DNA of 64,000 bases, from assembly GCA_015067715.1 (NCBI GenBank), contig SVLY01000008.1, positions 740 through 64,739 on the forward strand. Reading direction: 5' to 3'. Made by a program: the position numbers and the translations under genes. The notes beneath the pieces were generated by a model that was not told the origin of the DNA, searched no databases, and saw only the letters and a list, made by a program, of their open reading frames with translations. Of the stretch, positions 26,083 to 36,151 are shown one piece after another. Position 1 is the first letter of the stretch. Every line of letters starts with the position of its first letter. The DNA comes from Oscillospiraceae bacterium. GTDB taxonomy: Bacteria > Bacillota > Clostridia > Oscillospirales > QAMX01.

Positions 26083-28202
26083 TTGTCATCCGTCCTTTCA
26101 AAACTGCATTCGTATATTCCGGTAACAGCGGGCGGAAGCTCAAGGGCGTAACGGTGATAGAGATAGAGCGGAATTGCGGACCAGCCGTGGCAAAGGCTTC
26201 CGGCGTTGCCGAAAGCAGGGGCGCCGTCGATGGTCTCAAAGAAGGTCGTTGCCCCACGGTAGAGCATTGAGCCCCATTTGTCTGCGATATCCGAGAAAAC
26301 GTATCTGCCGTACCGCGCCGGATCGGTGAGAAGCGCTTCGTATTTGAAAATACTGTGGCTTAGGGTTACGGGAATGAGCATATCCTCACCCAGCGCAAAG
26401 AGCACTGAGGCTTTTCGCTCTCCCGTCGCGGCTCCGCAGTAAACGCAGAGGGCGTTGGTAAGCTCGGCGTAGTGATAAAGCCCGCCTTCTCCGTCGGCAT
26501 AGGAGGCGTAAACTCCCTTTTCCCCGTTCCAGAAGTACTGATTCAAAGCGGAATTCAGCCGTTCATGGGCAGAAAGATATTTTGCTCCGTCGATCCCCAA
26601 AAGCTCAAGAGTCCTGCTCAAAGACAAAAGTCCAAGGGACGCAAAGGCCATCAGCGGCGCGTGATAGACCCAGCCCGCATCCGGCTTTCCGTAACCGTCG
26701 AGCCCGTCCTGCCATTCGTAGAAATTCCAGTATTCCTCCCCCCGGAAAGGCTCAAGACGGCCAAAAGCGTCCATACGGGAAAGGAAGGTATCTCCAACGG
26801 AGAGCATCGCAGAGAGCACCTCAGAGGCAATGGAGGTATCCTTTGAATACTCGCAGTATTCCCGAACCTGGGTCAGAAACATTGCGGAAAAAGCGGGGAT
26901 GGTTATGGGCACTCTTGCCGGAGAACAGAGCTCAAGTATTCCGTCGGGGCGGAGGGATTCCGCCATAAGGCGGATGGAAGCCCGGGGCATATCGTATTCC
27001 CGGAAGGCGTAATAACCGCAGAGCATCTGGTTTCGGGAGTCCATTGAATAGAGCGCCTGCTCCCTCCAGGGACAGTCCTCGTAATGCTCGTGGATGGAGA
27101 GCAAAAGCGTTCTGCAGCAGACCTCGTAGATCTTTGAGTGCAAACTGTCCGCACAGGTGAACTCTCCGGCTTTTTTAAGAGGATAATCCGTGCGGCGTAT
27201 TCCGGCATAGCGGATATTGACCCTTGAAGATAAAACGTTGAGCTGAAGATATCTCATTCCCAAACGGCGGAAGGGGTTTAAAAACAAGTTTCTGCCCTTA
27301 TGAGCGCGGTAAAGAGCGCAGAAATTTCTGCCCCCAACGTACGCCCGAACCCGAAGATCTTCAAGGTGTTCTCCCCAGCCGATCAGCACGTCGCATTCCT
27401 CGTCCACGTCAAAATCAAGGCTGAGAAGACCGGCGTTTTCCCGGCCGGTGTCCACTATGGCAAAAACTCCGTCCTCGCCGGCTTCGGCGGTAAGCTCAAA
27501 TCCGCTCTCACAAGGGAGCTTTCGGGAAACGTCGTTTGTTCCAAAGCTCATCGCGGCGTACTGCATACGCTGGGCGGCAGTTTCGCCTCCCCGGAGAGAG
27601 AAGCTGCCGTTCAAAGTCAGAATTGCAGGCTCGTTTTCCGAAAGCTCAAGCTTTTTTACCGGACGCACTCGGCCGGGTTTGGGTTTATCAACGGGGCAGG
27701 AAAAGCCAACGCTCCCTTTTTTCTTTCCCGGGGAGACAGTGCTGTCAAAAGCAAAGGTGGAGCCAAGCTGACCGGAAATCTCTTCGATAGGGCCGTTTTT
27801 AAAAGCTGTGTTTATCCACGAATTCACGTCCGCCAAAGAAGCCGCGACGGTCTTTCCGCCGCTTATCACCTCATATATCAGACCCGGAGCTTCTGCTCTG
27901 TGAGTCGAGCTGTCCCAGCCCTGGTGATAGCAATGGACGGTGAAGACGTGCTCCCCGGAAGAAAGATCGCTCAGATCAATTTCGTCGTAGACCTTATCAA
28001 AGGGATAATCTGCAAACTGACCGAAGGCAAGAAGCTCATCTCCGCAGTAAAGGGCATAGTCCGTGTCGGCAGAGATACGAATAAACGGAGCCTCACCGGA
28101 AAGCTCTGCGGCAAAGCAAAAGCTGACGTAGGCGTTTTCCTTTTGCGCTCCGTCATTCCATATCCAAAGTGCGTTTTCAAAGGGCTTGTTCAACCCGGGC
28201 AC
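26079..28202 (-). CDS. six-hairpin glycosidase, GH78 (alpha-L-rhamnosidase)-like
   Basis: 707 aa. EDCPWREQALYSMDSRNQ and ...GSLCHGWSAIPLYLY resemble conserved GH78 catalytic-domain segments. No signal peptide. Confidence 0.5.
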   Translation of the reverse strand: MPGLNKPFENALWIWNDGAQKENAYVSFCFAAELSGEAPFIRISADTDYALYCGDELLAFGQFADYPFDKVYDEIDLSDLSSGEHVFTVHCYHQGWDSSTHRAEAPGLIYEVISGGKTVAASLADVNSWINTAFKNGPIEEISGQLGSTFAFDSTVSPGKKKGSVGFSCPVDKPKPGRVRPVKKLELSENEPAILTLNGSFSLRGGETAAQRMQYAAMSFGTNDVSRKLPCESGFELTAEAGEDGVFAIVDTGRENAGLLSLDFDVDEECDVLIGWGEHLEDLRVRAYVGGRNFCALYRAHKGRNLFLNPFRRLGMRYLQLNVLSSRVNIRYAGIRRTDYPLKKAGEFTCADSLHSKIYEVCCRTLLLSIHEHYEDCPWREQALYSMDSRNQMLCGYYAFREYDMPRASIRLMAESLRPDGILELCSPARVPITIPAFSAMFLTQVREYCEYSKDTSIASEVLSAMLSVGDTFLSRMDAFGRLEPFRGEEYWNFYEWQDGLDGYGKPDAGWVYHAPLMAFASLGLLSLSRTLELLGIDGAKYLSAHERLNSALNQYFWNGEKGVYASYADGEGGLYHYAELTNALCVYCGAATGERKASVLFALGEDMLIPVTLSHSIFKYEALLTDPARYGRYVFSDIADKWGSMLYRGATTFFETIDGAPAFGNAGSLCHGWSAIPLYLYHRYALELPPAVTGIYECSFERTDDK

Positions 28203-28253
28203 CTCCCCGCTTAAAAATATTTACAGGCTTAATTATAAAATCCACCCAACGGC

Positions 28254-28282
28254 TTGTCAACAGTTTTTTTCTGTGATATAAT
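28254..28282 (+). promoter_or_regulatory. sigma-70-type promoter
   Basis: TTGTCA-17 nt-TATAAT upstream of 28321. Confidence 0.5.
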
Positions 28283-28320
28283 CCGTTTGTGACACATCGG
28301 TTTAAAAAGGAGAAAAGCAC

Positions 28321-29340
28321 GTGCACAGCGATCTTTTAACTCTTAGCGAGCTTTGCCTTACCGCAGGCAAAACCGGCCACCTTCAGGGCATTGCCGCAGA
28401 CCCCAAAACCGGAGATATATTCTGGTCCTTTACCACCCTTCTCATAAAAACCGACTCAAAGGGAAAAATTCTGGGCTCCGTTACAGGGCTTATCGGCCAT
28501 CTGGGATGTATAGCCTTTTCCGCAGAAAGAGGCGAGCTTTGGGGCTCACTTGAGCTCAAGGACGACAGCATCGGCCGGGGAATTTTTAAAATGCTGGGTC
28601 GGGAGGAAAGGGTCACAAACGCATTCTACGCCGTGGTATTCGACACAGAAAAGATAACAAAAGAAAATATGGACGCCGAGGGAGACGGGGTTATGCTTGC
28701 CTGCCACCTGCCGGAGGTGACGGAGGACTATCTTGCCCGTCTTCCGGACGGAACGCTCCACCGCCACGGCTGTTCGGGCATAGACGGCATAACCCTTGCA
28801 CCGAAGATATGCGAAGACCCCTCCGCACCCACGAGACTCTACGTTGCCTACGGGATCTACGGAGATACCGAAAGATCCGACAACGACGATCAGGTGATAC
28901 TTTCCATCGACCCGGATAAAGCGCTTGAAAACGCAAGGCCTCTTAAGCAGAACGCACCCCACATTCATGGCACTTTGTGCGAGGAGAAGCTCTTTCTCCG
29001 AACCGGCAACACGGAATACGGCATTCAGAATTTAGAGTACGATTGCTTTACAGACCAGTTCTTCGCCGCCGTCTATCCGGGAAGAAAACCGGAGTTTTCC
29101 AACCCGACCATGTTCGTTTTCCCGAGAAAGCAAAGCCCTGAGCTTATAATTGATAACCAAAAGAGACTGATTGCACCCTGTAAAGAGTTTTACTTTCCGC
29201 TTGGGTCAACAGGACTTTACACCCTTGAAAACGGCGAGTTTTTGGTATCGGAATGCTTTGACGCCAACGGCGCAGACGCCGCAAAAATAAACCGCCGGAG
29301 ATTCACAGGACAGGGCAGAGAGGGCTTTGAGAGAGTATGA
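28321..29340 (+). CDS. hypothetical protein (no family recognised)
   Basis: 339-aa ORF with a GTG start after AAAGGAG. Its stop overlaps the start of the LD-carboxypeptidase gene (ATGA). Confidence 0.6.
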   Translation: MHSDLLTLSELCLTAGKTGHLQGIAADPKTGDIFWSFTTLLIKTDSKGKILGSVTGLIGHLGCIAFSAERGELWGSLELKDDSIGRGIFKMLGREERVTNAFYAVVFDTEKITKENMDAEGDGVMLACHLPEVTEDYLARLPDGTLHRHGCSGIDGITLAPKICEDPSAPTRLYVAYGIYGDTERSDNDDQVILSIDPDKALENARPLKQNAPHIHGTLCEEKLFLRTGNTEYGIQNLEYDCFTDQFFAAVYPGRKPEFSNPTMFVFPRKQSPELIIDNQKRLIAPCKEFYFPLGSTGLYTLENGEFLVSECFDANGADAAKINRRRFTGQGREGFERV

Positions 29341-30344
29341 AAAAGCCCCGTATGCTTCGCCCCGGAGACAAGGTGGTTGCCGTCAGCCCAAGCTGGGGGA
29401 TAGCCGGAGATCCGGCAATTCTTCCCAAATGGGAGCGGGCGGTTAAAGAGATAGAAAAGCTGGGGATAAAGATAGTCCCCGGAGAAAACTCACTGAGGGG
29501 CGAAGATTACCTCAAAGCTCATCCCCAGGCCAGAGCACAGGATATCAATTCCGCCTTTGCCGATCCGACAGTGTCCGGAATTATCGCAAACATCGGCGGC
29601 AACGACAGTGATCGCATACTCCCCTGGCTCGATAAAGCTCTAATCAGCTCAAATCCCAAGGTATTCGTCGGCTATTCCGACGTTATGAACGTTCATCTTT
29701 ATCTGTACAAGCTTGGGATCACTTCTTTCTACGGGCCGAATCTCCTTTCAAACTTTGCCGAATACGGCGGAGTACGCCCCTATACCGCAGAGTGGTTCAA
29801 AAGAATACTGTTCACCAATACCGCACCCGGGATGATCCCAGCCGCATCGGAAAGCACGGCAAGGACCAACGATATTTTCGCCTGCGATCTCCCCGGAAGA
29901 TACAGGGCTGAGACGGGATACGTTCTGCTCTCCGGCAGAGGCTCAGCCTGTGGGCGGCTTTTTGGAGGTCACACCGGAATTCTCGACTACCCCGGTATCA
30001 CCGCAGAGGATTTTGCCGACAAGATACTTTTTCTCGAGGATATTCCGGAGTTTTTCTCCCCCGCAGATCTCGAAGAGTTTGCTCAAAGGCTGGGCAAAAT
30101 GGGTGCTCTGAGCAAGCTGCAGGGGATCGTCTTCGGAAAGCTTTGCGAAGAAGCGGACGTTTGCCGGCATTTTTCTGGTTTCGTTTCAACGGTATCGGAA
30201 GCCTTTTCCAGACCCGATATGCCGATTTTTGCAAACCTTAACTTCGGCCACTCCTCGCCAACGCTTACCCTCCCCTACGGCGCAAAAGCAAGACTTGACT
30301 GCGCAAATTTCAGTTTTGAAATTACCGAAAGCTCCGTTGAATAG
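29337..30344 (+). CDS. LD-carboxypeptidase (peptidase S66, LdcA/MccF family)
   Basis: MLRPGDKVVAVSPSWG..., nucleophile motif VGYSDV, and a C-terminal H/E region (NLNFGHSSP). Confidence 0.8.
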   Translation: MKKPRMLRPGDKVVAVSPSWGIAGDPAILPKWERAVKEIEKLGIKIVPGENSLRGEDYLKAHPQARAQDINSAFADPTVSGIIANIGGNDSDRILPWLDKALISSNPKVFVGYSDVMNVHLYLYKLGITSFYGPNLLSNFAEYGGVRPYTAEWFKRILFTNTAPGMIPAASESTARTNDIFACDLPGRYRAETGYVLLSGRGSACGRLFGGHTGILDYPGITAEDFADKILFLEDIPEFFSPADLEEFAQRLGKMGALSKLQGIVFGKLCEEADVCRHFSGFVSTVSEAFSRPDMPIFANLNFGHSSPTLTLPYGAKARLDCANFSFEITESSVE

Positions 30345-30345
30345 C

Positions 30346-30380
30346 AAAAACCCATCCGATTTCCCATCGGATGGGTTTTG
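30346..30380. terminator. bidirectional intrinsic terminator
   Basis: aaaaacccatccgat-ttccc-atcggatgggtttt (12-bp stem). Confidence 0.75.
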
Positions 30381-30389
30381 TTTATAGGG

Positions 30390-31627
30390 TCAGTATTTGA
30401 AGACCTTGACCGAATTCAGCTTCCAGTCGCCCTCGCTGGCCAGAATATCCAGCCTCAGCCTGCGCAGACGCATGGGCGGAAAGCTTATGATCAGCTTTCT
30501 GCCAACTGTAGAGCCGTGGAAAAGAACGGTCTTATAGTAATTGTTTCCTTCGCAATTGAAAAAGCTCAGTTCAAAGTCAAAAACGGACTGGCCGTTGACT
30601 ATGTCCTCTTCAAGAACAACACAGTTCGCATCCGTGGGCTGGGGAAGTAAATATAAAGCCCGTTTTCGTCATACACGGTATCCACAGGAATAGGGTTTGA
30701 ATATCTTCTCTTTACCTCGGCGGCAAACTCGTTTATTCTTGCAACGTCCTCATCAAGAAGGCGGCCGCGCCGGTCGGGGCCGATATTCAAAAGCAGATTC
30801 GAGCCCCTTCCTACAGAGAGCTCGTACATTCCCATGAGCATCTCAACGCTCTTGAGATTATCCCTGTCCGCATCCTCGTAAAACCAGGTGTCGCGGATAC
30901 GGCAATCGCATTCGTCGGGGAGAAAACGAGTGCCTTCTTCGCTGTCGCTCTCTCTGCGGCAGCGGCCCATTGAAGCCACGTTCTTTTCGTAAACGTTGGG
31001 ATAGCGTGCATATCCGTCCTCGTTGCCGACCCAGGCGGTATCCGGATCCCACATATTAAAAATCAGGATCTCCGGCTGAAGAGCACGAATGGATTTGATT
31101 ATGCGCTCCTGATTGTAGTTGTGGTTGGCAGAGCCGCATCCGTCAAACCATAGATAGTCTATCTTGCCGTAGTTGGTGAGAAGCTCGCTTATCTGGTTGA
31201 TAAAATAGGTGTCGTACTCGTCGTGGTCAACGTTGACTGAGCCGAACTGCGCGGGAGAATAATAAAGTCCGACCTTAAGGCCGTACTTTCTGCAGGCGGC
31301 AACGAACTCGCCCACAACGTCCCCCTTACCGTCCCGCCAGGGGGTGTTCTTCACTGAATATTCAGTATAGGCTGAGGGCCAGTTTGCAAAGCCGTCGTGG
31401 TGCTTTGCGGTGAGAATAGCGTACTTTGCTCCGGCGGCGGCGATTTTCTCACACCAGTCCTCCGCAGAGAAATCCGTTGGATAAAACCCGGAAAGGGGCA
31501 TATCCTTCAGATCCCAATCCTTATGCCCCTCGTAAAAGGTGCGTATGCCAAAGTGAAAAAACACACCGAATTCCCAGTTTAAAAAGTCAAGCTGACTTTC
31601 TGCGGGTATACATCTTTTCTTTTCCAT
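30390..31627 (-). pseudogene. GH29 alpha-L-fucosidase interrupted by a single frameshift in a C4 run
   Basis: ORF 30599..31627 is the GH29 catalytic domain (FGVFFHFG, AKHHDGFANWPS). The -1 frame continues QPTDANCVVLEEDIVNGQSVFDFELSFFNCEGNNYYKTVLFHGSTVGRKLIISFPPMRLRRLRLDILASEGDWKLNSVKVFKY-stop at 30390, a typical GH29 C-terminal domain. One extra C in the run (plus-strand GGGG at 30641..30644) would join the frames. Confidence 0.75.
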
Positions 31628-31652
31628 TTGTACATCTCCTTTTTAGTCAGAT

Positions 31653-33575
31653 TCAGCTCATTGCCGAGGTCTGTTCTTCGATCTCAAGGGAAAGCTCGTT
31701 CCATTTTTCATAAAGGGCTTCTGTCTCTGCGTTAACGCAATCCAGCTCAAGGGAAAGCCTTTGAAGCTCAACGTGGTCGGTGCATTTTTCTTCCATCTCA
31801 GAATTCAGCGCCAGGGCTTTCTCTTCGGCATCGGATATCTGCTTTTCAACGGAGGCAAGCTCGCGCTCAAGCTTTTTAAGAAGCTTATCCGGGCTGAGAT
31901 TTTTCTCTCTTCTGGGGGGCTTTTTGACCTCTTTTTCCGCAGGTGCGGCTTTGGGCTGGCTGGCCTCACGCTGGAGCATATCCCTGTAGGCAGAGTAAAC
32001 ACCCCGGTAATCCCTTACGCCGCCCTTTTCAATGGACCAGATATGGGTTGCAAACCGGTCGATAAAATATCTGTCGTGGGAGACGAAGATGAGGGTGGAC
32101 TCATACCCGTCAAGCAGGTCCTCAAGCCACTCCCGGGAGTAGATGTCAAGGTGGTTCGTGGGCTCGTCAAGGACGAGGGTGTTTATCTCTTCGTAGAGCA
32201 TTATACAGAGCTTCAGACGGCTCTTTTCGCCGCCGGAGAGAACGGATATGGTCTTGAAAACGTCGTCCCCACGGAAACGGTAGGTGCCAAGGCGGTTACG
32301 GGCTTCGGGCTCGTTAATACCGAGCTCGGTGACAACCTCGTCAAGCACCGTCATGTTCTCATCCTTGAAGGTGACCTTCTGGGGCAGATAGGCAAGCTTG
32401 ATATTTGTCCCCCATTTGAATCTGCCGGAGGTCTGGGGCTCTTCGCCAAGAAGTATCTTCAAAAGGGTGGACTTGCCCGAGCCGTTTTCACCGATTATGG
32501 CAATGGCCTCGTCCTTTTTGATCTCAAGCTCAAGGTCGGAGAAAAGCGTTCTCTCCCCAAAGGACTTTGTAAGCCCCTCGGTATAGAGCACGTCGTTGCC
32601 GCTTCGGTCGGCCTCACGGAGCCTGCCGGAGAGCTTTTTCTCGTGGCGTACCCGGTCGGGCTGGTTTGCCTTTATGCGTTCAATGCGCTTATCCAGGGCA
32701 AAGGCCTTGTGCATCATCTTTTTATTGCCCGAGCCCCAGCCGTGGAGCCTGTCAGAGGTGAATGAAAGGCGGTCTATCTCCTTTTGCATCTGTTCGTAGC
32801 GCTTTTGCTGTTCAGCCTCCTCCTCGGCGCGGCGGTCAACGAAGAAGCTGTAGTTTCCCTCGTAAACGCGGGTGTGCATATTGTCAAGCTCGATGGTCCG
32901 GGTGGTGACGCGGTCGAGGAAGTATCTGTCGTGGGAGACGACGAGCACAGTGCCGTGGTAAGAGCGAAGATAGCTTTCAAGCCAGTCGAGCGAGGCCATG
33001 TCCAGGTGGTTGGTGGGCTCGTCAAGAAGCATTATATCCGTCTTTTCAAGGAGAAGACAGGCAAGGTTGACCCTTGTCATCTCTCCGCCGGAAAGTGCGC
33101 CGTATTCCATTTCCCACATCTCACGGGGAATTCCAAGACCCAGGGAGACACGGAACATCTCAGGCTCCTCAACGTAACCCCCGCGTATCTCGTAGAGGTT
33201 CTGAAGCTCGCCGTACCTTTTCAAAAGGGCAGGATCGTCCTCCCCTGCGGCAAGCCTTTCGGCAATGCGTTCAAGCTCACGCCCCATCGCCCGCTGTTCC
33301 CGGAAGGCAGTCTCGAGAACGTCCCGGACAGTAGTTCCTTCGGGAAATTTCGGCAGCTGGGTGAGCACACCCACGCGTTTGGAAGGGTGAACCGTAAGCT
33401 CACCCAAGTCAAACTGCTCTTCGCCGGTTATGCATTTAAACAGTGTCGTTTTGCCGCAGCCGTTGCGGCCGATAAGAGCGACCTTCTGACCTTCCTGGAT
33501 CTCAAAGCTGATCTTATCGAGAATCTGGACGTCCCCGTAAAACTTGGAGAGTCCGTTAACGGATATGTCTATCAA
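31653..33575 (-). CDS. ABC-F family ATPase (two ABC domains plus a C-terminal coiled coil)
   Basis: Two Walker A motifs (GRNGCGKTT, GENGSGKST), two LSGGE signatures, no transmembrane domain. 640 aa. Confidence 0.85.
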   Translation of the reverse strand: MIDISVNGLSKFYGDVQILDKISFEIQEGQKVALIGRNGCGKTTLFKCITGEEQFDLGELTVHPSKRVGVLTQLPKFPEGTTVRDVLETAFREQRAMGRELERIAERLAAGEDDPALLKRYGELQNLYEIRGGYVEEPEMFRVSLGLGIPREMWEMEYGALSGGEMTRVNLACLLLEKTDIMLLDEPTNHLDMASLDWLESYLRSYHGTVLVVSHDRYFLDRVTTRTIELDNMHTRVYEGNYSFFVDRRAEEEAEQQKRYEQMQKEIDRLSFTSDRLHGWGSGNKKMMHKAFALDKRIERIKANQPDRVRHEKKLSGRLREADRSGNDVLYTEGLTKSFGERTLFSDLELEIKKDEAIAIIGENGSGKSTLLKILLGEEPQTSGRFKWGTNIKLAYLPQKVTFKDENMTVLDEVVTELGINEPEARNRLGTYRFRGDDVFKTISVLSGGEKSRLKLCIMLYEEINTLVLDEPTNHLDIYSREWLEDLLDGYESTLIFVSHDRYFIDRFATHIWSIEKGGVRDYRGVYSAYRDMLQREASQPKAAPAEKEVKKPPRREKNLSPDKLLKKLERELASVEKQISDAEEKALALNSEMEEKCTDHVELQRLSLELDCVNAETEALYEKWNELSLEIEEQTSAMS

Positions 33576-34888
33576 AATATATATCTTCCTTTGTTAAGTT
33601 TGCGCAGGCGGTTTCTGCGTACGATGAGTATCCATACGATGAGGTATACGAGTATCGCTCCTCCCACACAGGAGGCGATAACGATAAATTTCGGCTGACG
33701 GATCATTTCGTTAGCCCGGTCCATGGAATAAAGGAAATTCGAGCGCTCAATACCGGTGAGAGCAACAAGCTTTACTCTGCCGTAGCTGACTCCGTTGTAG
33801 CTCACGTCCGCCTCTCCCAGAAGCTGTCCCTTTATGACCGGGGCGGTGAGGCTTTCGCTGTAAAGCCAGGGGGTCAGCACCACCTTTGACGAGTCGAAAT
33901 CGTTGTCCAACAGAGCGGAAACACCCTCCTGAGTCACGGCAACAACGTTTTCGGCCTCCTGGCTCATTTCAACGCCAACCTCAACAACCGGCTGATTTTT
34001 GTCCACAAGGGTCTTATAGCTGAAGTTTCCAAAGCCGTATTCAAACATTCGCTTGGTCTCAACAAAGCTCATTATATCCCCCGTTGCCTCGTCCTTGCCG
34101 CACCCGAGAATAACGCTCACAAGGTACAGCCCGTTTTTCTCCGCAGAGGAAACAAGACAGTATCCGGCAGGGGTCGTGGTTCCGGTTTTGATACCACGGG
34201 CGTAGGTGTAGATATATCTGCTGGTGGAAACACCGGAGATAAGGTAATTCGTTGTGGTGAGAATGCGCTCAGAGGATTTGTTTGTTGCGGGAACAACGTA
34301 GGATACAGTGTTTGCGATCTGCATCAGCACCGGGTCGGCAACGAATTCCCTGGTGAAAATATAAATATCCCGGGCTGTGGTATAGTGGTTTTCGTGGTGA
34401 AGTCCGTGGGGATTCATGAAATGGGTCCCGTCACAGCCAAGTGACGCGGCCTTTTCGTTCATCATATCCACAAAGTTCGCAACTGTACCCCCAACGTATT
34501 CCGCAAGAACGTTTGCCGCATCGTTTCCGGAGGAAATGAGCATACAGTGCAAAAGCTCGTTCACGGACATCTGCTCCCCTTCCACAAGGCTTACCGAGCT
34601 TCCCGCAGAGTCAAGCCCCGTAAGAGCGGATTCCGTCACAGTCACAACGGCATCGGGCTGGGTATGCTCCCGGACAAGAAGCGCCGTCATCACCTTGGTT
34701 ATGGACGCGGGATACTGCTTTGAATCGGCGTTCTGCTCGTAGATCACCTGTCCTGTGTTAACGTCAACAAGTATGGCTGAACGGCATGATACGGAAAAGT
34801 CCGAAGCCCCGAAAGCCGCAGGAGAAAGCACTCCCCCAAGCATGACGGCCAGCAACAAAATATTTAAAAATTTTTTGAAGGTTTTCAT
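33572..34888 (-). CDS. D-alanyl-D-alanine carboxypeptidase (PBP5-type, peptidase S11)
   Basis: Signal peptide, SITKVMT (SxxK), SSGND (SxN), IKTGTT (KTG), C-terminal transmembrane anchor. ATGA overlap with the ABC-F gene. Confidence 0.85.
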   Translation of the reverse strand: MKTFKKFLNILLLAVMLGGVLSPAAFGASDFSVSCRSAILVDVNTGQVIYEQNADSKQYPASITKVMTALLVREHTQPDAVVTVTESALTGLDSAGSSVSLVEGEQMSVNELLHCMLISSGNDAANVLAEYVGGTVANFVDMMNEKAASLGCDGTHFMNPHGLHHENHYTTARDIYIFTREFVADPVLMQIANTVSYVVPATNKSSERILTTTNYLISGVSTSRYIYTYARGIKTGTTTPAGYCLVSSAEKNGLYLVSVILGCGKDEATGDIMSFVETKRMFEYGFGNFSYKTLVDKNQPVVEVGVEMSQEAENVVAVTQEGVSALLDNDFDSSKVVLTPWLYSESLTAPVIKGQLLGEADVSYNGVSYGRVKLVALTGIERSNFLYSMDRANEMIRQPKFIVIASCVGGAILVYLIVWILIVRRNRLRKLNKGRYIF

Positions 34889-35031
34889 GTAAATCTCCGG
34901 AGAAATATGTTATAATATGGTAGTGAATTATTGAGCACATCGACCAATAGTTAATGCATGTCGAACCGTGTTCTATAATGATATCATATTTCCACGTTTA
35001 TTGCAAACACTTTTTACATTGGGTGATCATT

Positions 35032-35376
35032 TTGAAGAAAATATGTATTATTGCCCTTATTTTGTCCATAGGCGTTATATTCTCCACGGTGCCGGATGCC
35101 CTCTTCAGGGAAACCGACTTAACCTACAGCCAAAACGCTGACCCCCATAGGTCAGAGCCCTATTTCCTCACGGGAACCGGAGAGAACCGCCTTGACATAA
35201 ACAAAATGACTCCCGAAGTATTAAGGCTCATTCCCGGAATCGGCAGTCATGCCGACGGGATCATTGCCCTTCGGGAAGAGCTCGGAGGTTTTGACAGTCT
35301 GGAACAGCTCACCTTTGTTTCCGGCGTCGGCATTAAGTCCCTTCAGGAGGCAATGGACTATATCACGATCGGCTGA
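35032..35376 (+). CDS. ComEA-like helix-hairpin-helix DNA-binding protein
   Basis: N-terminal transmembrane segment KKICIIALILSIGVIF, then LDINKMTPEVLRLIPGIGSHADGIIALREELGGFDSLEQLTFVSGVGIKSL (tandem HhH). The start is uncertain (TTG 35032 or upstream ATG 34954/34978). Confidence 0.65.
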   Translation: MKKICIIALILSIGVIFSTVPDALFRETDLTYSQNADPHRSEPYFLTGTGENRLDINKMTPEVLRLIPGIGSHADGIIALREELGGFDSLEQLTFVSGVGIKSLQEAMDYITIG

Positions 35377-35434
35377 GGGCCGTGCTTTCCAATTAAATCT
35401 GACTCACAAATTATTTTACCGGAGTGATCTCTGT

Positions 35435-36118
35435 ATGAAAATTTTGATCGTAGACGACGAAAAGCTGCTTGTCAAGGGAATGAGATTCAACCTTGAAAAC
35501 GAGGGTTACGACGTTGACACCGTTTACAACGGCGAGGACGCCCTTGAGCTGGCCACAAAAAACAAATACGACCTCATCGTTCTGGATCTTATGCTCCCTA
35601 AGATCAGCGGTCTTGAGGTCTGCAAGCGCATTAGAGAGTTTTCTAAAGTGCCCATCATCATGGTCACAGCCAAGGGCGAGGATACGGACAAGCTTCTTGG
35701 CTTTGAGCACGGAGCGGACGATTATCTTTCAAAACCCTTTAACGTTTTGGAGCTGAAGGCAAGGATCCGGGCTATTCTCCGCCGCAGTATGACCCACACC
35801 AGCGCCTCTGCATCCGTCTCCAAGCTGGACGGTGGACCCATCGTTCTCGACCTTACGGACAGAACCGCCGTGCTGGGCAACAAAAAGGCCGATCTCACCC
35901 CCAAGGAGTTTGACCTTCTCGAGTTTCTGGTACGCTCTCCCAACAGCGTTTTCAGCAGAGAAGCCCTTTTGAATACCATATGGGGCTATTACTACCCCGG
36001 CGATATCCGCACCGTTGACGTTCACATCCGCCGCCTTCGCGAAAAGCTCGAGGAAAACCCCGCCGAGCCTGTCTACATCCTCACAAAATGGGGCGTCGGC
36101 TATTACTTTAAGCCTTAG
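35435..36118 (+). CDS. OmpR-family response regulator
   Basis: MKILIVDDEKLL..DLIVLDLMLPK receiver domain plus a winged-helix C-terminus (LTPKEFDLLEFL..VDVHIRRLREKL). I chose the ATG at 35435. Confidence 0.9.
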   Translation: MKILIVDDEKLLVKGMRFNLENEGYDVDTVYNGEDALELATKNKYDLIVLDLMLPKISGLEVCKRIREFSKVPIIMVTAKGEDTDKLLGFEHGADDYLSKPFNVLELKARIRAILRRSMTHTSASASVSKLDGGPIVLDLTDRTAVLGNKKADLTPKEFDLLEFLVRSPNSVFSREALLNTIWGYYYPGDIRTVDVHIRRLREKLEENPAEPVYILTKWGVGYYFKP

Positions 36119-36151
36119 TTTACCATAATCTCATTCCGGAGGGAAACAAAC

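Noticed and set aside
31653-33575. ABC-F protein as an antibiotic-resistance (ARE) determinant
   Set aside because: The sequence alone cannot distinguish a housekeeping ABC-F (Uup/YdiF-like, with a long C-terminal coiled coil) from an ARE type. Its context, in an operon with a PBP5-type carboxypeptidase, gives no resistance signal.
31761-33698. 334-aa and 304-aa plus-strand ORFs
   Set aside because: These are antisense shadows of the ABC-F gene, with G/V/L-rich translations and no RBS.
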